Part shown: one piece after another, positions 31,889-41,358 of the stretch
Numbering within the stretch: position 1 is the stretch's first letter
Layout: each line of letters starts with the position of its first letter
Virus record (IMG/VR): IMGVR_UViG_3300033076_000726
Coordinates: 1 to 55,239 of that record
Origin: a virus
Taxonomy: Duplodnaviria; Heunggongvirae; Uroviricota; Caudoviricetes
Direction: 5' to 3' (one strand)
Length of the DNA stretch: 55,239 bases
Notes under the pieces: model-generated
What the model saw: only the letters and a program-made list of their open reading frames with translations
Databases searched by the model: none
What the model was told of the DNA's origin: nothing
Translations under genes and position numbers: made by a program

Positions 31889-33120
31889 TGAAAATAAATC
31901 CTGAAACATTTTGTTATTTACCCTTTGGGTCGATTTATGTGTTTCCAGATGGTACATTACATCCATGTTGTATCGCATATCCATTTAAAGAAAATATAAA
32001 CTTTAAAGATTTCAATACTGTGGATGAGGTAATCAATAGTGAACCATATAAAAGGATTAGAAAAGAAATGTTGGATGGAAAACAACCAACAGAATGTGCC
32101 GAATGTTTTATCTATAAAAATGTTCATCGTACCAACATCAATCAGGAGTTTCATCAACAGATACAGGAACCCGATTTAGTTAATGACGATTATAGTGTAA
32201 ACAAAATTGTTTATACGGATTTAAGACTTTCAAATCATTGTAATTTTAGATGTAGAATGTGTTATCATGGTTCTTCATCGAGTTGGTATGATTATTGGGG
32301 TTATATTCTGGATAAACCTGAATATCAAAACGAAAATCCAAGAATTATAACTGCGGGGGAGAATGGTATTAGTAAATTTTCAGACGAGAATATTAACACA
32401 ATTCGTAAAATTTATCTTGCAGGTGGAGAACCTTTCATAACACCATCCACATTTGAATTATTAGATAAATTTACAGATGAACAAGCTAGTAAAGTAACGG
32501 TTTTGATAAACACAAATTTATCGACTCTAACATATAAAGGAATTAACATATTAGATAAGTTAAAGAAATTTAAATTCATTAACATATCTTGTTCATGTGA
32601 CGGTTATGGTAAAATAGGTGAGTATCAAAGACCTGGATTTAATTCAGATAGATTCTTTAAAAATTTAAGAACATTAGTGGATTTTAAAAATCAACACCCG
32701 AACTTTATTATTCAAATAGATTATACAATATCAACAATCAATATGTATCATTCGTTTGATTTTATTGAATATGTTGGTAGTCAATACCTACACCCAAATA
32801 ACATAAGATTTCATACAGTAACCCAACCGTTTTATTTTGCACCGGGTGCTTTAAGTGAAGAGACTAAAAAAGGTTTAGTTGAGTTTTATCAGAATGGGCT
32901 GAATAATTTAAAATACGATAATATCCACCTATTAACTCGACTTTTAAATGATTTTATTAACTATTTGAAGGTGACAAATGACGAGGAAGTTTACAATCAT
33001 TTAATGTCCAAGAAACAATATATGAACATTTCTTTAGAGGAAACTTTAAAGAGATTTGATGAAATAAATAACACCGACTACAGAGAAGTATGTCCATGGT
33101 TGGAGGAGAGTTTTAAATGA
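31888..33120 (+). CDS. Radical SAM enzyme with N-terminal twitch-like domain (GTG start)
   Basis: FCYLPF...PCC...ECAEC; core SNHCNFRCRMC; YLAGGEPF. Confidence 0.9.
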   Translation: MKINPETFCYLPFGSIYVFPDGTLHPCCIAYPFKENINFKDFNTVDEVINSEPYKRIRKEMLDGKQPTECAECFIYKNVHRTNINQEFHQQIQEPDLVNDDYSVNKIVYTDLRLSNHCNFRCRMCYHGSSSSWYDYWGYILDKPEYQNENPRIITAGENGISKFSDENINTIRKIYLAGGEPFITPSTFELLDKFTDEQASKVTVLINTNLSTLTYKGINILDKLKKFKFINISCSCDGYGKIGEYQRPGFNSDRFFKNLRTLVDFKNQHPNFIIQIDYTISTINMYHSFDFIEYVGSQYLHPNNIRFHTVTQPFYFAPGALSEETKKGLVEFYQNGLNNLKYDNIHLLTRLLNDFINYLKVTNDEEVYNHLMSKKQYMNISLEETLKRFDEINNTDYREVCPWLEESFK

Positions 33121-33141
33121 TTTTTAGGATAATTATAACTA

Positions 33142-34809
33142 ATGGGGTATGTAATTGGAATATCAGCTTATTATCATGATTCATCGGCTTGTTTATTTAG
33201 AAATGGACAACTTATTTTTGCGTGTGAGGAAGAAAAGTTTACAGGAATAAAACACGACAGCTCATTTCCCGTTAATACATTAGACTACATCTTTAAGAAA
33301 TTTAAAATAACTAAAAAAGATGTTGAAATGATTTGTTATTATGAAGACCCAAAGTTAAAACTAAAGAGAGTTCTTAATAACATCAAACCACAATTATTTA
33401 AAAATCCATTATATTCATTAAAATCGTTAATAAAGATAAAGAAGAATACTTGGGATTTAAAAAAGAAATTGTCACAATATGGGGATAATATCTTTTATTC
33501 TGAACATCATCTATCACACCAATATTATTCATTTTATACATCTAATTTCGATAGTTCAATAGTACTATCGGTTGATGGTGTCGGGGAAGAAGATACATTG
33601 TCTATGGGGTTAGCAGACAAATTTGGAATTAACTATATCCCAATGGCAACCTACCCACACTCTGTTGGTTTATTTTATTCTGCAATGACGTCATTTTTAG
33701 GATTTAAACCAAATGAAGGTGAATATAAAGTGATGGGATTGGCACCATACGGTAATCCAAATGTTTATAAGGATAAAATAGAACAGTTAATTTCATTTAA
33801 AAATAGTAAGTTAGAATGTAATATGAATGTGTTCAGTTGGGATAAATCAACCAACGAAATGTTTAATTATAAATTATCCGAACTATTAGACATGGACCCC
33901 AGATTACCCGATGAGTCGATAGAACCATATCATATGGATTTAGCTGCGGGGATTCAAAAAGTATACGAAGAGATTTTCTTTAAAATAATAAAAGCAATAT
34001 CAATCATAAACGATAATGGTAATCTTTGTTTAGGTGGTGGTTGTGCATATAACGGAACCTTAAATGGTAAAATAGTAAAAAATTCACACTTTAACAATCT
34101 ATGGATTCCACCCGCACCTTCAGATGCCGGTTCTTGTGTTGGTGCTTGTTTACATTATTTGGTTAAGAATAAATTATTAAAAGATAGAATTACTAAAAAC
34201 CCATTTATGGGTCCAGAGTTTTTCTATAACGACATTTTAACTGCAATAAAGAATAGGAAATACTTAAAATTCAAAACAGAAGAAACTTTATTTAGGAATG
34301 TTGCAAAACTTTTAAAAGACGGTAAGGTTGTGGGATGTTTTCACGGTCACATCGAATTTGGTGCAAGGGCGTTAGGTAATCGTAGTATTCTTGCTGACCC
34401 CACAAGACCTGAAATGAAAGACAAAATCAACAAAGTCATCAAAAAAAGAGAAAACTTTAGACCTTTTGGACCGATGGTGACAAAAGAATCACAACACATA
34501 TATTTTCACGTTACTGATGATGTGCCATATATGAATCAAGTGGTTCAAGTTAAGTCTGAATATAAAGATAAACTACCCGCAATTACACATATTGACGGAA
34601 GTGCCAGAATACAAACTGTTTATAAGAACACTTTCGTACATTCAATATTGAAAGAATTCGAAAGACAAACAGGTTATCCTATATTGTTAAACACATCTAT
34701 GAACGTTAAAGATAAGACCATGGTTTTAACACCAAAAGATGCTGTCGATATGTTTTATGAAACAGAAATGGACTTCCTTTTAATAGGTAATTACTTATTA
34801 TACAAATAG
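33142..34809 (+). CDS. Carbamoyltransferase, NodU/CmcH family
   Basis: GISAYYHDSSAC, EEEKFTGIKH, EHHLSH, DGVGE, GEYKVMGLAPYG, GGCAYNG, EFGARALGNRSILADP, RENFRPF, HIDGSARIQTV, LLNTSMN. Confidence 0.93.
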   Translation: MGYVIGISAYYHDSSACLFRNGQLIFACEEEKFTGIKHDSSFPVNTLDYIFKKFKITKKDVEMICYYEDPKLKLKRVLNNIKPQLFKNPLYSLKSLIKIKKNTWDLKKKLSQYGDNIFYSEHHLSHQYYSFYTSNFDSSIVLSVDGVGEEDTLSMGLADKFGINYIPMATYPHSVGLFYSAMTSFLGFKPNEGEYKVMGLAPYGNPNVYKDKIEQLISFKNSKLECNMNVFSWDKSTNEMFNYKLSELLDMDPRLPDESIEPYHMDLAAGIQKVYEEIFFKIIKAISIINDNGNLCLGGGCAYNGTLNGKIVKNSHFNNLWIPPAPSDAGSCVGACLHYLVKNKLLKDRITKNPFMGPEFFYNDILTAIKNRKYLKFKTEETLFRNVAKLLKDGKVVGCFHGHIEFGARALGNRSILADPTRPEMKDKINKVIKKRENFRPFGPMVTKESQHIYFHVTDDVPYMNQVVQVKSEYKDKLPAITHIDGSARIQTVYKNTFVHSILKEFERQTGYPILLNTSMNVKDKTMVLTPKDAVDMFYETEMDFLLIGNYLLYK

Positions 34810-34811
34810 TT

Positions 34812-34928
34812 ATGAAAAGATTGATACAATGGATTCTCAACCTAATTGAAGAGAGGAAAAGAAAAAAAAGATTTAAGAAAAAATTAGAAGAACTTAAAAA
34901 AAGAGACCCTTTCATTTATAATCATTAA
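34812..34928 (+). CDS. Small basic 38 aa protein ending KRDPFIYNH (absent from ORF track)
   Basis: MKRLIQWILNLIEERKRKKRFKKKLEELKKRDPFIYNH directly after the carbamoyltransferase. Confidence 0.65.
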   Translation: MKRLIQWILNLIEERKRKKRFKKKLEELKKRDPFIYNH

Positions 34929-34931
34929 AAT

Positions 34932-34960
34932 TTGGACTTTTCGAATTTTTTTATTATATT
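34932..34960 (+). promoter_or_regulatory. Sigma70-like promoter TTGGAC-N17-TATATT, 5 nt before ATG
   Basis: Seen directly; recurrent architecture. Confidence 0.5.
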
Positions 34961-34965
34961 ATAAT

Positions 34966-35403
34966 ATGATATATTGGTTAACCGGTCAACCCGGAGCAGG
35001 TAAAACTACCTTAGCAACATGGATAATGGCATCGTTCCCATCTAAAAGTGTACACATCGATGGTGATGATTTGAGAGATTGTTTCCAAGACAAAGACTTT
35101 AGTAGGGAGGGTAGGATAAAAAATGTTGAAAGGGCACAAAACATTGCTCAATTTCTACACCATAAAGGGAATACCGTGGTTGTTTCTTTTGTGTCACCAT
35201 ACAAAGAACAAAGAGAAGAATTCAAACAAAAAATGGGTGAAAACCTAACTGAAATTTATGTACATACAACCGAGGAAAGAGGTAAGGAGAAATTTCACGT
35301 CGTAGATTATGAACCACCAATAGAAAACTTCATAGACTGTGACACAACAAAAAGTACAGAATATAATACATTCCTAAATCTAAGAAGAAAATTAAATATA
35401 TGA
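34966..35403 (+). CDS. cysC: Adenylylsulfate (APS) kinase-like P-loop kinase
   Basis: WLTGQPGAGKTT, HIDGDDLR, DFSREGRIKNVERA, VVSFVSPYKEQR, EIYV. Confidence 0.8.
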   Translation: MIYWLTGQPGAGKTTLATWIMASFPSKSVHIDGDDLRDCFQDKDFSREGRIKNVERAQNIAQFLHHKGNTVVVSFVSPYKEQREEFKQKMGENLTEIYVHTTEERGKEKFHVVDYEPPIENFIDCDTTKSTEYNTFLNLRRKLNI

Positions 35404-35741
35404 GTAAAAAGTATGCATTGTTCATCGGAAGATGGCAGACATGGCACGAAGGACACAGATGGTTAATTGACCAACAATTAAACAAAGGTAAAAACGTTTG
35501 GATAGCTATTAGAGATGTGGAGGTTGACGAAAACAATCCCAAAACATCAAAAGAGGTTTTTGATAATTTAAAAGTAGAATTGAGTGATTTATTACAAACG
35601 GGTAAATTGTTCATTTCAGTAATTCCCGACATTGAATCAGTAAACTACGGTCGAGGTGTGGGTTATGAAGTTATCTATCACGAACCACCACCCGAAATTG
35701 CAGTAATAAGTGGAACAAACATTAGAAATGGTTCACTATAA
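35400..35741 (+). CDS. Minimal HIGH-superfamily (cytidylyltransferase-like) nucleotidyltransferase
   Basis: LFIGRWQTWHEGH (HxGH) and C-terminal ISGTNIR. Confidence 0.75.
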   Translation: MSKKYALFIGRWQTWHEGHRWLIDQQLNKGKNVWIAIRDVEVDENNPKTSKEVFDNLKVELSDLLQTGKLFISVIPDIESVNYGRGVGYEVIYHEPPPEIAVISGTNIRNGSL

Positions 35742-35937
35742 ACGACATTTAGCTAAAACCATTAGCTACAGAATAATTGGTACGATAACTACCGTCATAT
35801 TGGCAACATGTGCCGGTTTACCAATTAAATGGGCGGGTTTAGTTGGATTGGGTGAGTTAATAATTAAACCCATTATCTATTTTTTACATGAAAGAGTGTG
35901 GTATAAATGGATAAAATACGGAATAAAAAGGGACTAA
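35728..35937 (+). CDS. DUF2061-like small membrane protein
   Basis: KRHLAKTISYRIIGT...IIKPIIYFLHERVW; likely start ATG 35728. Confidence 0.8.
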   Translation: MVHYKRHLAKTISYRIIGTITTVILATCAGLPIKWAGLVGLGELIIKPIIYFLHERVWYKWIKYGIKRD

Positions 35938-35998
35938 GAATTGATTCTTCCTCAGGATTTCGTATACTTATAATGTTAAATTTAAATGGGATAATAAG

Positions 35999-36006
35999 TA
36001 TTTATA
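35999..36006 (+). promoter_or_regulatory. TATTTATA motif, candidate late promoter element
   Basis: aagTATTTATAgtt, same context as 11733-11746. Confidence 0.5.
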
Positions 36007-36028
36007 GTTAGTAAAATATTTTATATAT

Positions 36029-37921
36029 ATGAAAGGAACTTTTTTTTCGGCGGATTTCGTAACAGACAAGGACGACAATCTACGTCTAATTGAAATTAAC
36101 ACCGATACTGGTATATTGGAGTCACAAAAGTGGGTTTTTGATTGGACCGACTTTATTAGTGTGTTAAGTGCAAATAATATTACGGAGGTGGAAGTGGTGT
36201 ACAAATATGACATCCAAAAAGATATCATTTCAAGTTTATCAGAGGCATTAACGGCAAATGCACCGTTTATCACCTCTTTTACCGAACACATAGTTGCCGC
36301 AGATTCCATATTTCCAACATCACCAACAGATTCGACAAACAAGTTTATCATTAGATTTGCTTATGATGAGTCGGCTATTTTGGACTCCGAATATGCTAAA
36401 GGAACATTAAACCTATTAAAACTATTTGCCGATGCTGGTGATAGTGGTTCTATTACAAATTTCTACCACTCATCATCATATTACGGTAGTTACAATACTT
36501 TAGATACTAACCAATTTAACGGTAGTAATTTACCCGATATTGTTACAAAAACAGTGTTGGAAGCGCACCAACCGCATAAGTTCTATAAAATAGGTAATTC
36601 AGATTCGGGTTCTTTAGTGAGATATGAAAGTTTCATTGACAGAATTGCAACATCTGACAATATTTTACAACAATACCACATCCCACAATCACAAATTACA
36701 AAAGGAACTGTAAGTTCTATCCGTAGTTTCCAAATTGTATATGGGTCTAATTTAGATGTATGTTATGTTGCACAATATGAAATTGATTCAGTATTAGACT
36801 TACCAACATCAATTACATATGACGATAGTCGTATTGATAATTTAATCGAAAGTAAACATTATTACGAATACGCGACCAATACAATTAAAAACACAAACCA
36901 CGGACTTTTAGAAAATGAAACCATTTTAGATGTTGATGGAAATGAGGTTCAAGTTAAAGATGTTGTTTTAGGTAACACATACAAATCGTATTATGTTGCG
37001 GGTTCACCTAATACCGATGATTATGATGTGTTGAGACAATGGTATGTTACAGGTTCAACATTACCTGAAGGTTCTTATTTAACTTCATCTGTATTGGTAG
37101 GTAAATTCGAAGCAACAACATTTGCAAATGACATGACAGAAATTGTATTCCAAGACGGTTCTGATATTGTGATTGGTGGTGAAGCAAGAATGTTGGTTTA
37201 CAATCAATTAGAAGATAAAATCCAATACGTTAGAGTATCTGAATTAAACAGTAATTACTCAGTAATTGGTCAAACGGGATTAAATCCAATAAGTCAAATA
37301 AATTTAAATATTTACGACGAAGAACAACCAATATACAACATGAACATGGAAGATGTCGATAACTTTATTTTAAGTAACGGTAACTTATTAACATTCTATA
37401 TTACTCACAACTTAGGTATTTCAGGTAGTTGCTTTAAGGCAGGTACCAAAGTAAGAATGGCTGATGGTACAGAGAAGAACATTGAGGATGTACAAATTGG
37501 TGACCAAGTAATGTCATATAATGAAACAACAAACGAAATTGAACCTAAAGAGGTAATCGATTTAAAACAACCAATTCATAATGATTTGGTAAAATATACA
37601 TTCGATAAAGTACTCATTAAGGCAACTGAACCTAGAGAGGAAGATGTTATGTTAACATTAACATGTACACAAGACCATCCGATATATGTAAATGGTTTAA
37701 ATTTGGCATCATATCACCCAGGATTAACAATTCAAAGATATAATTTAGGTAGAGATATTAAAGCACTTGAAAGTGACGATGTGGTTAATTTATATGATGG
37801 TACAACATCAGTATTGAATAAATTACAAAGATTACCTGAAGTTGACACTCAAACTTACATCATAACCGTAGCAGATAATCACAATTTCTACGCAAATAAC
37901 ATATTAGTACACAACAAATAA
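36029..37921 (+). CDS. Circularly permuted ATP-grasp-like domain fused to two tandem Hint domains
   Basis: N-terminal SADFVTDKDDNLRLIEINTDTG (ExN near the N-terminus, as in GSP synthase/eukaryotic GSH synthase-type folds). Hint1: GLLENETILDVDG...ITHN (res 292-461). Hint2: CFKAGTKVRMADG...TQDHP...NFYANNILVHNK (res 468-630). Confidence 0.7.
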   Translation: MKGTFFSADFVTDKDDNLRLIEINTDTGILESQKWVFDWTDFISVLSANNITEVEVVYKYDIQKDIISSLSEALTANAPFITSFTEHIVAADSIFPTSPTDSTNKFIIRFAYDESAILDSEYAKGTLNLLKLFADAGDSGSITNFYHSSSYYGSYNTLDTNQFNGSNLPDIVTKTVLEAHQPHKFYKIGNSDSGSLVRYESFIDRIATSDNILQQYHIPQSQITKGTVSSIRSFQIVYGSNLDVCYVAQYEIDSVLDLPTSITYDDSRIDNLIESKHYYEYATNTIKNTNHGLLENETILDVDGNEVQVKDVVLGNTYKSYYVAGSPNTDDYDVLRQWYVTGSTLPEGSYLTSSVLVGKFEATTFANDMTEIVFQDGSDIVIGGEARMLVYNQLEDKIQYVRVSELNSNYSVIGQTGLNPISQINLNIYDEEQPIYNMNMEDVDNFILSNGNLLTFYITHNLGISGSCFKAGTKVRMADGTEKNIEDVQIGDQVMSYNETTNEIEPKEVIDLKQPIHNDLVKYTFDKVLIKATEPREEDVMLTLTCTQDHPIYVNGLNLASYHPGLTIQRYNLGRDIKALESDDVVNLYDGTTSVLNKLQRLPEVDTQTYIITVADNHNFYANNILVHNK

Positions 37922-37927
37922 TATACC

Positions 37928-38074
37928 ATGGCATCAAAGACAATTTACAAAAAAATTACTTTAGTCCAATCACAAACAAGAACACTTACTTTGTTAACGG
38001 ATGCAACTAAAAAACAAAAAGTAAACACAGTTGTAAGTAATTTTATTCAATATTTGAAGAACGCACACTCTTAA
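37928..38074 (+). CDS. Small 48 aa basic Thr/Lys-rich peptide (absent from ORF track)
   Basis: MASKTIYKKITLVQSQTRTLTLLTDATKKQKVNTVVSNFIQYLKNAHS; fills the gap 6 nt after the Hint gene. Confidence 0.6.
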   Translation: MASKTIYKKITLVQSQTRTLTLLTDATKKQKVNTVVSNFIQYLKNAHS

Positions 38075-38083
38075 TAGAATGTT

Positions 38084-38722
38084 ATGAAAAATATTTGGGT
38101 GTTTGGTGATAGCTTCACCGACAAACGTATTCTTTCCAATAATAACACATATACAGATTGGAAAGGATACGTACCAAAAACTTATCACGAAATATTAGGT
38201 GAACAATTAGGATTACCTGTTAAAAATTTTGCTGAGAGTTACGGAATGGATAATTACACAATATTTCAAACCTTGTGTAACAATATAAACGAAATCAATC
38301 AAGATATTATAGTTATCAATTGGAGTGAACCTGTTAGGTTTAGACTGGTTGATACTGCAACACAAAAATGGAGAACGGCATTACCCGTTAAAAGTTCAAG
38401 GGTTGCGAGAGGATTACCTTATGTAAACGGAGTAAAAGACGAAACTATTTTAGATGTTTTCACCAATAGAGAAAATCAATTATGGTTAACAGAAATTGAT
38501 AGTTGGATAAAACTTATTAACAGAGCATTATCAGATTCAATAGTTATTCATTGGACTTGGCACAACAACACACAATATCAATCAATAACCGAAGAAACAA
38601 ATGGTGAGGTTGTTGATTTTCACTATTCTGAGAAAGGTCATTTAGATTTGGCAAATTGGATATTAGAACAAATAAAGGTGGGTACAAATAAAAGTCCTTA
38701 CAATCAAAATTCAATACTATGA
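38084..38722 (+). CDS. SGNH/GDSL-like hydrolase or acyltransferase
   Basis: WVFGDSFT (block I Ser) and DFHYSEKGH (DxH). Confidence 0.65.
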   Translation: MKNIWVFGDSFTDKRILSNNNTYTDWKGYVPKTYHEILGEQLGLPVKNFAESYGMDNYTIFQTLCNNINEINQDIIVINWSEPVRFRLVDTATQKWRTALPVKSSRVARGLPYVNGVKDETILDVFTNRENQLWLTEIDSWIKLINRALSDSIVIHWTWHNNTQYQSITEETNGEVVDFHYSEKGHLDLANWILEQIKVGTNKSPYNQNSIL

Positions 38723-39276
38723 TAAATTACGAAGGTATTGTTTTCACTAAAGATGAATGTGAAGATATAAAAAACAAGGCGGACGAATGGATGGAGGCCA
38801 AACTATTAGTAAAAAGAGGTTTAGGTGAAGTTGAGGATATTGTCATCCAAAACAAAAGATATAACAAAGCGTCATATTTTAAATTAAAAAATGATTCACC
38901 ATATTATCAAAAATTAAACAATTCAATCAATAGTTTCGGTTATGAACTTATTGCAAATGAGTTAGATGCGGGAATATTAAAGTACGAAAAGGGTAATTTC
39001 ATTTTTCTCCATAATGATTTACCAATTGAAGGGGAAAAGAGATTTTTCTGTATCGTCACACAATTAAGTGACGATAGTGATTATGTTGGTGGTGATTTTA
39101 GATACCTAATTGATAATCAACCACACACAATGATTAGAACCATCGGTAATGCGATTATGTTTAAACCAGAAGTCCTACACGAGGTAACAATGGTAGAAGG
39201 TGGAACTAGGTTTTCATTGGTAATATGGGTTAATTATGAACAGGTAAAATCTTTAACTAAACCTTCCCTTATCTAA
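38719..39276 (+). CDS. 2OG-Fe(II) oxygenase (prolyl-4-hydroxylase-like)
   Basis: KYEKGNFIFLHND (HxD), YVGGDF, LHEV, RFSLV. Confidence 0.85.
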   Translation: MINYEGIVFTKDECEDIKNKADEWMEAKLLVKRGLGEVEDIVIQNKRYNKASYFKLKNDSPYYQKLNNSINSFGYELIANELDAGILKYEKGNFIFLHNDLPIEGEKRFFCIVTQLSDDSDYVGGDFRYLIDNQPHTMIRTIGNAIMFKPEVLHEVTMVEGGTRFSLVIWVNYEQVKSLTKPSLI

Positions 39277-39905
39277 TGCCAAATCTTTTTGTTTATGGTT
39301 GTAGTAATAGTGAATCTTTTAACACTAAAGCTCATTGGGCAATAAATTATGTTAAATGGAAAGGATACATACCAAAAACTTATGGTGAATTGATAAGTGA
39401 TAAATTAAATCTTAATTTAATAAATTACTCCAAATCAGGGACAAACAATCAATTTATTTTTCAAAAAATATGTGAGACTTTTAAAAAAATAAAAGAAGAT
39501 GATGTTGTTATTGTTCAATGGACAAACGTTATTCGTTTTAGGCTTGTAAACGACAAAAACGAATGGGTTGAATTTTATTACGGTAATGATGATTATTTAA
39601 AAAAACTCAATCAATTTGAAAACATATCTAAACAAACGATAACTGAAATTTTTGTAAATAGAATGAACCCAAAATATTTAGAAGAAATCAAAACTTGGGA
39701 GTTAATTATAAAACAAGTTTTAAATAAAAACAAATTACTATTTTGGTCACCATTTGAGGAATTCAACAGTTATCATTTATTGGAAAGAATTGAAACCGAA
39801 ACCAATGGAGAAATTCACGATATACACATAAGTGAAAATGGACATAAAGATTTAAGTGAGTTACTTTTAAAAGATTTAAATACTAATAAAATAAATTTTA
39901 TATGA
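39276..39905 (+). CDS. SGNH-like protein, paralog of 38084
   Basis: FVYGCS, WKGYIPKTY (cf. WKGYVPKTY), TNGEIHDIHISENGH. Confidence 0.65.
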   Translation: MPNLFVYGCSNSESFNTKAHWAINYVKWKGYIPKTYGELISDKLNLNLINYSKSGTNNQFIFQKICETFKKIKEDDVVIVQWTNVIRFRLVNDKNEWVEFYYGNDDYLKKLNQFENISKQTITEIFVNRMNPKYLEEIKTWELIIKQVLNKNKLLFWSPFEEFNSYHLLERIETETNGEIHDIHISENGHKDLSELLLKDLNTNKINFI

Positions 39906-40603
39906 GTGTTGGGGTTTGTTCAATTGCATACGGTAAAGAACACGTTAATGAATGTAAAAATTTGATAAGTAAAATCAATACAGAATTTTACGTATTAACG
40001 GATGATGAAACATTTGTAACGGATAACTCAATTGTGGATAAAACTACGTTTAATTTTAACAAAAAAAGAATTCCAATACTTGAGGCATTTAAAAAACACG
40101 ACACGGTAATATGTTTTGACACAGATATTGATTTAAAAACAAATATTGACCACAACCAATTCGAAAACATTGAAGATGGATTATATGTAAAGTGGTTTGG
40201 TGGTTTACAATTCATCAGAGGATATAAAATATCTATAAATCAAATATTAAAAAGCTCAACACCGTTTGATGATTTAAATCAATATGGAACGGCGTTAACA
40301 GAATGTGGTGCTAACGAATCTAACATCGGTTTTTTTGATGAATATGTCTTTGTTTTAAAAATTAGAGATGAAAATAAAAGAAAAGAATTCATATCTAATT
40401 GGGAATCAATAAACAACAGAACCATAAATAGACAACCTAAAGATAGACATGGTAAAAATTTAAATGGTGCGGTTGAAAGTCTCATTATATCATTAGCTTG
40501 TAATTTAACTGGAATTTCGTTATATTTTACTGAGTTACAACCGTTTTTTAATGCAATCGTACATTATGATTCGGTTCAACCACCATCTAAAACGATACTA
40601 TGA
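39902..40603 (+). CDS. GT-A-like protein, paralog of 20164
   Basis: VGVCSIAYGKEH...VICFDTDIDL (DxD). Confidence 0.5.
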   Translation: MSVGVCSIAYGKEHVNECKNLISKINTEFYVLTDDETFVTDNSIVDKTTFNFNKKRIPILEAFKKHDTVICFDTDIDLKTNIDHNQFENIEDGLYVKWFGGLQFIRGYKISINQILKSSTPFDDLNQYGTALTECGANESNIGFFDEYVFVLKIRDENKRKEFISNWESINNRTINRQPKDRHGKNLNGAVESLIISLACNLTGISLYFTELQPFFNAIVHYDSVQPPSKTIL

Positions 40604-41358
40604 AATTAGTTTGGACATATAATATTTTAGCCAAAGTTGGCAATAAAACCGAGGAGAGAAAAAGAATACTAATCAATTATTACATATTGTCCATCCAATC
40701 GGCAAAACGATTGGGATATTATTGTGTAATTTATACCGATTCATTTTCTGCAAAATACTTTGAAAAAATTGTTGACGAAATACACATTTACGACCACTAC
40801 GAAAATTCAATACAATGGGATTGTTATAAGATAAAAGCGTGTGAAGAAAGAGACGATGATTTTGTTTTAATTGATGGGGACGTAATTCTACATTCCAAAC
40901 TACCACCTATGAATGATGATGTGATGTTTGACACATATGAGGTTGCAAATTGGAAAGATGAGTATGAACCTGTAATAAATCAATTTACAAAATTAGATAT
41001 TGACAAAATAATTGATGTTTGGTGTGATAAAAGAAAACCCGTATTCTCATGTGGGATTCTTTATTTTAAAAATGATTCAGATAGAAAGTTTTACGTCGAC
41101 CAATGGAAAAAATACAACAATTTCTTAAATGAAATTATAAAAACAAATGAGGTTGATGTGGATGTTGCAACAATGGTGGGAGGACAATATTTGGTAACCT
41201 TGTGTGCAAATCATTTGAACTTAAGTAGAAGTTATTTAACCCCACATTTAGGTGCAACTGGTAATTCATATAAACATCACTGCGGAGCATTAAAATACAA
41301 TAACCCAATTGTCCCAAGGGATTACATAATAAGTGTTGAAAATAAAATTTTAATTTAA
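40600..41358 (+). CDS. GT-A-like protein (DUF6734-like)
   Basis: LSIQSAKRLGY..VIYTDS...FVLIDGDVIL (DxD)...CGIL. Confidence 0.5.
   Translation: MKLVWTYNILAKVGNKTEERKRILINYYILSIQSAKRLGYYCVIYTDSFSAKYFEKIVDEIHIYDHYENSIQWDCYKIKACEERDDDFVLIDGDVILHSKLPPMNDDVMFDTYEVANWKDEYEPVINQFTKLDIDKIIDVWCDKRKPVFSCGILYFKNDSDRKFYVDQWKKYNNFLNEIIKTNEVDVDVATMVGGQYLVTLCANHLNLSRSYLTPHLGATGNSYKHHCGALKYNNPIVPRDYIISVENKILI

Noticed and set aside
35936-35949. aagaat-tg-attctt hairpin after DUF2061 as a terminator
   Set aside because: Short AT-rich stem with no clear U-tract; too weak to call.
36902-37921. Classical self-splicing intein
   Set aside because: Hint2 is followed by a single Lys and a stop, so there is no C-extein. 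Hint1 lacks Cys/Ser1 and is followed by Leu. No homing endonuclease motif. Treated as Hint autoprocessing domains instead.
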